From: a virus
Direction: 5' to 3' (one strand)
Length of the DNA: 49,077 bases
IMG/VR virus record: IMGVR_UViG_3300022073_000015
The notes under the pieces were generated by a model. The model saw only the letters and a list, made by a program, of their open reading frames with translations, was not told the DNA's origin and searched no databases. The translations under genes were made by a program, and so were the position numbers. This document shows positions 43,566 through 49,077 of this stretch, in pieces; position 1 is the first letter of the stretch; each line of letters opens with the position of its first letter.

Positions 43566-43922
43566 ATGAGTTTGGACATGAAGGGACACATCGACAATGT
43601 GTTTAAGTCTGTACCGGCTACACACATTGGTAAATCTTTCGCATATGTCGATGGTCTGCCGGTTGAAACAGTTTCACCCCCTGTTGCATTTCAGGTAAAT
43701 ATCCAGCCACTGAACGACAAGGAAATTGACTTCCTGCGTCAGGGTGGCGAACGTGTGATTGACCCGCGTAAAATTTATGTGAACTCAGGTGACCTGAACG
43801 CTATTCAGCTTGCGGGCGAATGGGTGTTTCTGGGACAGCGATGGAAGATTATCCGCACCGATAACAGACCGTGGCGCAATTACTGCCGTGTGACCGTTGA
43901 CAGACTGGATGTGCAATCATGA
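43566..43922 (+). CDS. Head-tail joining structural protein
   Basis: 118 aa. Coupled starts and stops. Confidence 0.3.
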   Translation: MSLDMKGHIDNVFKSVPATHIGKSFAYVDGLPVETVSPPVAFQVNIQPLNDKEIDFLRQGGERVIDPRKIYVNSGDLNAIQLAGEWVFLGQRWKIIRTDNRPWRNYCRVTVDRLDVQS

Positions 43923-44503
43923 CCGATATCGAAATCTTTCAAATTCTGCGACCACACATTATGCGTGTGACAGGTGTACCAGAGTGTGTCATTGCTGACC
44001 CTAACGCACCTGCTCCGGCGAACATTGAGTATTGCACCGTCAGACCGCGTCAGAGCGTTTCTGAGAGGGGTCAGGCGAACATCTATACCTCTGACCTCCC
44101 TAACGACCAGATACGCACAGAAGTGCGCTCACAGATTGTGGCGAGTTGTCAGATTAACTTCTATCGCGGTGAAGCACTGAGACGTGCGGAACTCCTGAAA
44201 GAATGCCACAAGCTCCCCTCCGTTACGTGGGATTTATTCAAACACGGTATCGGCTGGGGTGGTACTCAACCTGTGAATAATCTGACCGCTTTACAGGCGA
44301 GTAAATTTGAACAACGTGCAGAAATTACCATTCGACTGATGTATGAAACGGTAAATATCGACGATGTGAATAATATTTTGCACGTTCCTTTCACCATTGG
44401 TGAGGGTATGGACCAGATATATTTCGAAAACGGCACGCTTCAGTTAAGATATGTTGACACCGAACCTGGTGTGAACTATCAATCCGGTGAAATTTCGATA
44501 TAA
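43919..44503 (+). CDS. Tail terminator / neck protein candidate
   Basis: 194 aa, upstream of the sheath-like gene. Confidence 0.3.
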   Translation: MTDIEIFQILRPHIMRVTGVPECVIADPNAPAPANIEYCTVRPRQSVSERGQANIYTSDLPNDQIRTEVRSQIVASCQINFYRGEALRRAELLKECHKLPSVTWDLFKHGIGWGGTQPVNNLTALQASKFEQRAEITIRLMYETVNIDDVNNILHVPFTIGEGMDQIYFENGTLQLRYVDTEPGVNYQSGEISI

Positions 44504-44539
44504 TGGTCAACGTGTACACACGCTAACGAGGCCTCGTAA

Positions 44540-45676
44540 ATGAGTTATCCTGTTGAAAATATCATCCCAATTACAACCCGGATTTCTCCGGCGGGACTGA
44601 ATACGGCAAACTTTGCATCTGCGATGCTTTTTGCCAAACCGACGGATTTACCTGTCGGGTTTGCTAAAAATACCACGCGTACTTATTTCAACCTCAAAAG
44701 TATGGCAACGGATTTTGCAACCACCAGTGAAACTTACAAGGCGGCTGCAAAATGGCTCGGCTCCACTCCGGCAGTATCTTCCGTCACCGTGTGGGCAACC
44801 GATGGCACTGATGCGAACGTCACTGCAACACTGGTGAAAGCATTCGATGCTAACTGGTGGTACTGGACGCTGTTTACTGCTGATGTCCTTGCTGTTGCAC
44901 AAAAGGTGTTGGATATCGCATCTTTCTGCGACACCAACAATATCATGTTCCCGAACAGTCAGACCGGTACGGCGGCGACAGCCATTCGTAACCCGGCCAC
45001 CACAAACGATATTGCCTCACAGCTTAACACGCTGGGTTATCGTCACGCGTTTACGGTTGCCCACGCAACAGACCCGTACGCGGCTTACGCGCTGATTAAA
45101 CACTTTGCTGTGGTGAACTACAGTGCGGATAACTCAACCATTACGGGCGAGTTTAAAAAATCTCCTGGCGTGGCTGCGGAAGACCTGACTGACACCGCGT
45201 ATGCAGCTATGATTGCGAAGAAAGTCGCATTTTACAGTGTGCTGGATTTGCAGGGTTCAAAAGATGTAGGACGCTGGCTAAACACGTGGACACATTCCAC
45301 TTATGGCGAGTTCATTGATGATGTGGTTAACCTTGACGCGTTTGTTAACTCCCTGCGTGTGGGCCTGTATAATGCACTTGCTAACCAGACGACCAAACTT
45401 GCACAGACTCCAGTTGGTCAGGCGGTTCTTATTGGTGCGGCTAAACGTGTGTGTGAACAGTACGTGCGTAACAACTATCTGGGACCACGTAACTATATTG
45501 ACCCGGACACCGGTCTGGATGCGTACACGGAAGGTTATGAAATTCTGACCCAGCCAGAAGATATTCTGGACCTGTCAGACGCTGACCGTGCTGCACGTAA
45601 ATCTGCACCGATTCGCATCCGCGTGTTCAAAGCTGGTGCGATTCATATTGCTGACGTCACTGTTGACGTTTATTAA
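44540..45676 (+). CDS. Tail sheath-like major tail protein (DUF3383-like)
   Basis: 378 aa. N-terminal pattern ...IPITTRISPAGLNTANFASAMLF. Followed by a tube-sized gene. Baseplate genes of contractile-tail type are present elsewhere in the genome. Confidence 0.5.
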   Translation: MSYPVENIIPITTRISPAGLNTANFASAMLFAKPTDLPVGFAKNTTRTYFNLKSMATDFATTSETYKAAAKWLGSTPAVSSVTVWATDGTDANVTATLVKAFDANWWYWTLFTADVLAVAQKVLDIASFCDTNNIMFPNSQTGTAATAIRNPATTNDIASQLNTLGYRHAFTVAHATDPYAAYALIKHFAVVNYSADNSTITGEFKKSPGVAAEDLTDTAYAAMIAKKVAFYSVLDLQGSKDVGRWLNTWTHSTYGEFIDDVVNLDAFVNSLRVGLYNALANQTTKLAQTPVGQAVLIGAAKRVCEQYVRNNYLGPRNYIDPDTGLDAYTEGYEILTQPEDILDLSDADRAARKSAPIRIRVFKAGAIHIADVTVDVY

Positions 45677-45691
45677 TCGGAGGACTAAAAG

Positions 45692-46105
45692 TTGAGTATC
45701 AATAATTTTTCCACAGCTGGTTCAGTCCTCACGGTAAATGGGCGTGTTATCAGTGACTGGGGTGATACCGCCACACCTTACACTGACGAACCGATTGACC
45801 AGACTACACAGATTCGTCGTGGTCAGGGTGGTAATGCTACACGTCTGGACCGTATCAATCCGGGTCGCCGTGTAACCATTTACCTCAACCCCGGCTCACC
45901 AGACAGTGCGTACATGCAGGGTCTGTATAACAGTCGTGCGAACATTGAATTGACGTGGACGCAGATTGGCACACTGGATACCGCTGTTGGTGCTGAGGGT
46001 GCAATTGTGAACGATGGTACACGTGGTCGCGCTGGTACAACCATCAGTGATGACCAGTTCATTATGGAATTCAACAGTTGGACGGCCACTCGCGGTGGTA
46101 AGTAA
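45692..46105 (+). CDS. Tail tube-like protein (DUF3277-like)
   Basis: 137 aa. TTG start with a GGAGG RBS. Confidence 0.45.
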   Translation: MSINNFSTAGSVLTVNGRVISDWGDTATPYTDEPIDQTTQIRRGQGGNATRLDRINPGRRVTIYLNPGSPDSAYMQGLYNSRANIELTWTQIGTLDTAVGAEGAIVNDGTRGRAGTTISDDQFIMEFNSWTATRGGK

Positions 46106-46111
46106 AACAGA

Positions 46112-46133
46112 GGCCCCTTACGGGGCCTTTTTT
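46112..46133 (+). terminator. Intrinsic terminator after the tube gene
   Basis: ggcccc-ttac-ggggcc followed by tttttt. Confidence 0.8.
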
Positions 46134-46360
46134 AATCCGGTAAGAACCCGTAGTCCATAATTCTCCGGTCTGTATCGATGATTTCAAAACAATGTATACA
46201 TATTAATCTTGACCGCATTCCCTGACGATACCCATCTTCATACCATCTTATTCTTCTCACGTATCTGTACTTGTGTTTTTTTACACCCATGTAAAATCTG
46301 TCTGAATGATCGCATCTCTCACACTCATCTCTGTTATTGATGACCTAACTTTAACCCACT

Positions 46361-46390
46361 TTGACGCACTCGTCAACAATTGATTATAAT
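46361..46390 (+). promoter_or_regulatory. Dyad-type promoter (site m): TTGACG-N18-TATAAT
   Basis: Dyad TTGACGcactCGTCAA at 46361-46376. Points into the chaperone and tape-measure genes. Confidence 0.7.
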
Positions 46391-46436
46391 CACCCCGCAC
46401 GGTACACTTTAACCACTAACATCCGGGGAGTAACAC

Positions 46437-46841
46437 ATGTCAACTATTCAGTCTTTTACAATCGGGTCAATGACTATCAACGCTTCAATGCCGTCAGCGC
46501 TGGAGCAGGATGAAGTGTTGTCACTCATCAGTTCAGAAGTGATTCAGCGTGCAACCGTTGCCGCCCGTACCAGCCTTGAAATGGGTGAAGAAATCCTGAC
46601 ACCTATGTTCATGTCCATGCCGACGAGCTATAAACGTCGCGTGTCTGACACACTGCTGAGTAAGGCGTTCATTGCGGGTACTCAGACGAAAGTTAACGTT
46701 GCAGATTTTCAGGGTAAGATGGTGCAGTACAACAAACTTCTTGCACAACTCACCCTGTGGAATTATGAGGATTTTTTTACCTACTTGAGCGACGCCCTAA
46801 AAGACGTAACCGTACCGCCGGTAACTCCACAACAGGAGTAA
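46437..46841 (+). CDS. Tail assembly chaperone (gpG/E-like), zero-frame product
   Basis: 134 aa, after the tube gene. Contains a T7 slippery run near its 3' end. Confidence 0.5.
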   Translation: MSTIQSFTIGSMTINASMPSALEQDEVLSLISSEVIQRATVAARTSLEMGEEILTPMFMSMPTSYKRRVSDTLLSKAFIAGTQTKVNVADFQGKMVQYNKLLAQLTLWNYEDFFTYLSDALKDVTVPPVTPQQE

Positions 46842-46999
46842 ACTGGTATTTCATGCGCCCATGTACGGGGGTTAATGGTATATGCCCACCCCTGTGTACA
46901 TGGGCGCAACTGAATGATGGCAGCGTGTCACTGGCTGACGTTGAGCGGTTTAATCAGGCAATGAATGAGATGGTGGATAACTGGAATGAGCATCATTAA
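46437..46999 (+). CDS. Predicted -1 frameshift extension product of the chaperone (gpGT/E'-like)
   Basis: The slip site T_TTT_TTT at 46772-46778 is in the correct phase. The -1 frame is open from 46778 to TAA at 46997-46999. Confidence 0.4.
46772..46778 (+). promoter_or_regulatory. Slippery heptamer T_TTT_TTT (candidate -1 programmed ribosomal frameshift site)
   Basis: The zero frame reads GA[T TTT TTT] ACC. Confidence 0.45.
46855..46907 (+). repeat. Perfect 12-bp inverted repeat (gcgcccatgtac / gtacatgggcgc) with a 29-nt loop
   Basis: Arms at 46855-46866 and 46896-46907. Confidence 0.85.
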
Positions 47000-47645
47000 T
47001 ATCTTTACAAGACAGGCTCCCACAATCGCCGGTTACTCGTTTGACGCGATACTGGAGGACAGTCTCGACGCATCGGTCGAATGGACAAGCTACCCCGTGG
47101 AAACGGGCGTCAATGTCAATGACCACCGCATCATTCAACCTGTTAAGTGGACAATGACCGGAGCAATCAGTAACAATCCGCTAAAGGTGCAACTCACCGA
47201 CTTCTTTGCTGGTGGGTTATCCAATCTCACGAACAATCCTTACGTTGCAACTGTAGCAGGTCTGGCTGCGGGCTTTCTTGCGGGAAGTAATGAAACACGC
47301 GCCAGCACCACGCTTGAATTTCTTATCAATCTGATGGTTGCGGGAGACCCGTTTGATATCGATGCGGGTGATGTTCAGCTTAGAAACATGGTCATAGCAC
47401 GTATCGGTCGAACGAAAAACCCGGAAAATGAGCAGGGTTTAATTTTCGTCGCTGAATTGCAGGAACTTATCACGCTTGACCGTATCCCTGTGTCCGGGCA
47501 ACCCTCTCAGGCTATGCTACGTGATGGTGACCCTGCTAAATCCGGTATCGCTGCGACAATTAACAAAGGTCGCCAGGCTGTCAAGGATGCGTCGGCGAAG
47601 GTTAATGAAGCAGCAACTAACGTTCTGGATGGTATCTTCTCATGA
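46965..47645 (+). CDS. Tail/baseplate-associated hypothetical protein
   Basis: About 220 aa. The start is at 46965 or 46986. Confidence 0.35.
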   Translation: MRWWITGMSIINIFTRQAPTIAGYSFDAILEDSLDASVEWTSYPVETGVNVNDHRIIQPVKWTMTGAISNNPLKVQLTDFFAGGLSNLTNNPYVATVAGLAAGFLAGSNETRASTTLEFLINLMVAGDPFDIDAGDVQLRNMVIARIGRTKNPENEQGLIFVAELQELITLDRIPVSGQPSQAMLRDGDPAKSGIAATINKGRQAVKDASAKVNEAATNVLDGIFS

Positions 47646-47938
47646 CTGAAATTCCTCTTTCCTGCGGTTCAGCAAATGCACACCAGCGTTTCGGCGTAAC
47701 ACTCGGTGATAACTATCTGGATTTTGAAATTGATTACCTGTCGTATCTGGACAAGCCCGCATGGACGGTAAACATTTTGCGCAATGGTGCGTATCTTGTC
47801 ACAGGTGCAATGCTTGTACCGGGTGCGGATATCGCGGCTAATTACCGCGCAGGAGTGGGTCGCTTTGTGTTTGTAGGTGACGAGGTGACGCTTGATAATC
47901 TGGGCGTCGATAATCATCTGGTGTGGGTAACTGAATAA
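47642..47938 (+). CDS. Small tail-module protein
   Basis: 98 aa. ATGA and TAATG couplings. Confidence 0.35.
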   Translation: MTEIPLSCGSANAHQRFGVTLGDNYLDFEIDYLSYLDKPAWTVNILRNGAYLVTGAMLVPGADIAANYRAGVGRFVFVGDEVTLDNLGVDNHLVWVTE

Positions 47939-49077
47939 TGGCGAACGTTATAACATCTTTTCTCGTGGGTATCGGCCTCGACGTTAGTGATTTTGAATCT
48001 GGCGAGAAAAAGGTCACTCAGTCGATGGACCGCATCAAATCTTCCACACTGGGTATCGGTGCAGCGATGGCATCCGCTGTTGTGGGTGCGGGTGTCAAAG
48101 TTGACCAGATGGCTGAGAAGAGTCGTAAATTACAGGACCAGCTCTATCGCACGAACACATCACCTGTATGGGTGCAGGGTTACGGTGTTGCACTTACTGA
48201 GCTGGGTGGAAATGCTGATGACGCATCCGGTCGCATTGTTGACCTTGAGAATAAGCTATCGTCCATAAAAATGGGTCAGGGTGGCGACTGGTTACGTTCA
48301 CTCGGTGCTGCCGGATTTGACGCATCTGCATTGTCCAGAGCAAAAAACGCTTATGAATTTATTGCTCTGGCGGCGGACCAGTTCTCGAAGGTACAGGGTG
48401 ATTCACTCGCTACTGTTGAAGAGCGACGCCGCAACATGGCGTCAGTGCTCGGACTTACCGACGCTGAATTTAAACTGTGGCAACAGGGTGGTAAATATGT
48501 CGATGAGCACAGTCGACAACTCGCCACACAACTCGGCTATACCGAAGAACTGAACGCTAAACAGTACGAGTATTCACAGGCGTGGAAAGAGGTGAATCTC
48601 GAGCTTGACAAAGCCAGTAATACGCTGGGTGTTATCATGCTGGATGATATGACCAGTCTGGTCAACAAGGCGAAAGAATACACATCGACATTCAACGATT
48701 TTACGCAGAAGAATCCTGAGGAGACCAAATCAGCTTTGGAAGGTGGTATGGTTGTCGCCGGTGGGCTTACATTATCATCAATCGGTGCGATGTTGAGCAA
48801 ATTCGGCATTCCGGGTGCGGCTATTTTACGTGGTGCTGGTCCGGTAGCTACTGCTGCTGGTATCTCGATAGCTACTGAACCATGGGTTGATAAGGGTTTA
48901 AACTCTGTATTTGGTGGTTCTGAGTATTACCAGAACTTACGTACCGCTCCGACATGGGACGAGTTTGGACAGGCTCTTATCGGTCAGCGTAAAACCACGC
49001 CGGAAGTTCAGAAGTATGTGGAGCGCCGACAGGACGAGTCCGAAACAACCAGAAAACAAGTACAACAGAATTTACCG
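47938..49077 (+). CDS. Tape measure protein, N-terminal part. It runs off the window and continues at 2..400, for about 494 aa in total.
   Basis: ATG at 47938 overlaps the upstream TAA. There is no stop codon to the end of the window. Helical and Ala/Gly-rich, with hydrophobic segments. Not in the ORF track because it is unterminated. Confidence 0.6.
   Translation, partial: MANVITSFLVGIGLDVSDFESGEKKVTQSMDRIKSSTLGIGAAMASAVVGAGVKVDQMAEKSRKLQDQLYRTNTSPVWVQGYGVALTELGGNADDASGRIVDLENKLSSIKMGQGGDWLRSLGAAGFDASALSRAKNAYEFIALAADQFSKVQGDSLATVEERRRNMASVLGLTDAEFKLWQQGGKYVDEHSRQLATQLGYTEELNAKQYEYSQAWKEVNLELDKASNTLGVIMLDDMTSLVNKAKEYTSTFNDFTQKNPEETKSALEGGMVVAGGLTLSSIGAMLSKFGIPGAAILRGAGPVATAAGISIATEPWVDKGLNSVFGGSEYYQNLRTAPTWDEFGQALIGQRKTTPEVQKYVERRQDESETTRKQVQQNLP
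49023..49077. repeat. Second copy of the 55-nt terminal overlap
   Basis: Identical to positions 1-55. Confidence 0.9.

Noticed and set aside
46134-46360. Hidden gene or sRNA in the 300-bp gap between the tube and chaperone genes
   Set aside because: I found no ORF with an RBS on either strand and no convincing structured element. The only supported feature in the gap is the dyad promoter at its right end.

Overview
The window is a complete tailed dsDNA phage genome, linearised inside its tape-measure gene. Positions 1-55 repeat 49023-49077, which gives a 49,022-bp unit. The coding and lysis-cassette style looks like an enterobacterial phage. I recognised no integrase, CI-like repressor, rRNA or CRISPR array.

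Gene layout:
- Rightward tail, baseplate and fiber genes plus a lysis cassette (400-11857): muralytic hub protein, gp138-like spike, gp25/W-like, J-like, beta-helix tailspike, second fiber with Tfa chaperone, GH108 endolysin, holin, overlapped spanins.
- Leftward replication block (11863-18317): family B DNA polymerase, gp2.5/DUF2815-like SSB candidate, Cas4-like PD-(D/E)XK nuclease.
- Rightward replication and modification block (18455-26558): SF2 helicase, two paralogous N6/N4 methyltransferases bracketing a VRR-NUC nuclease, a mini TetR-like HTH protein, AEP primase fused to an SF3 helicase.
- Rightward packaging, head and tail genes (27794 to the end): TerS, TerL, portal, Mu-F-like, scaffold, major capsid, connector proteins, sheath-like, tube-like, chaperone, tape measure.

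The late module is interrupted by several opposite-strand cassettes of small genes and by four homing-endonuclease-like genes: one HNH-AP2, two T5orf172 proteins with zinc-ribbon repeats, and one Hef-like.

Main hunt results:
1. A 16-bp dyad, yTGACG-N4-CGTCAA, is present in at least 14 copies. In 13 of them it is fused to the -35 hexamer of a sigma70-like promoter. This implies a genome-wide operator regulon, and the truncated TetR-like protein is a candidate regulator.
2. Two homologous nested-dyad AT-rich elements of about 210-235 bp, studded with GGGGTA motifs, sit immediately upstream of the terminase operon and the tail operon.
3. A non-coding unit of about 0.5 kb, bounded by a promoter and a terminator, contains two perfect tRNA T-arms and a non-canonical cloverleaf.
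4. There are two recoding or homopolymer sites: a T7 slippery run in the tail chaperone gene and an A9 run that splits a small gene.
5. Other observations include tandem 183-bp coding repeats, a peptide motif shared by the polymerase and an acidic protein, and a reused terminator hairpin.

All family assignments come from reading the translations and motifs by eye. They need HMM or BLAST confirmation.
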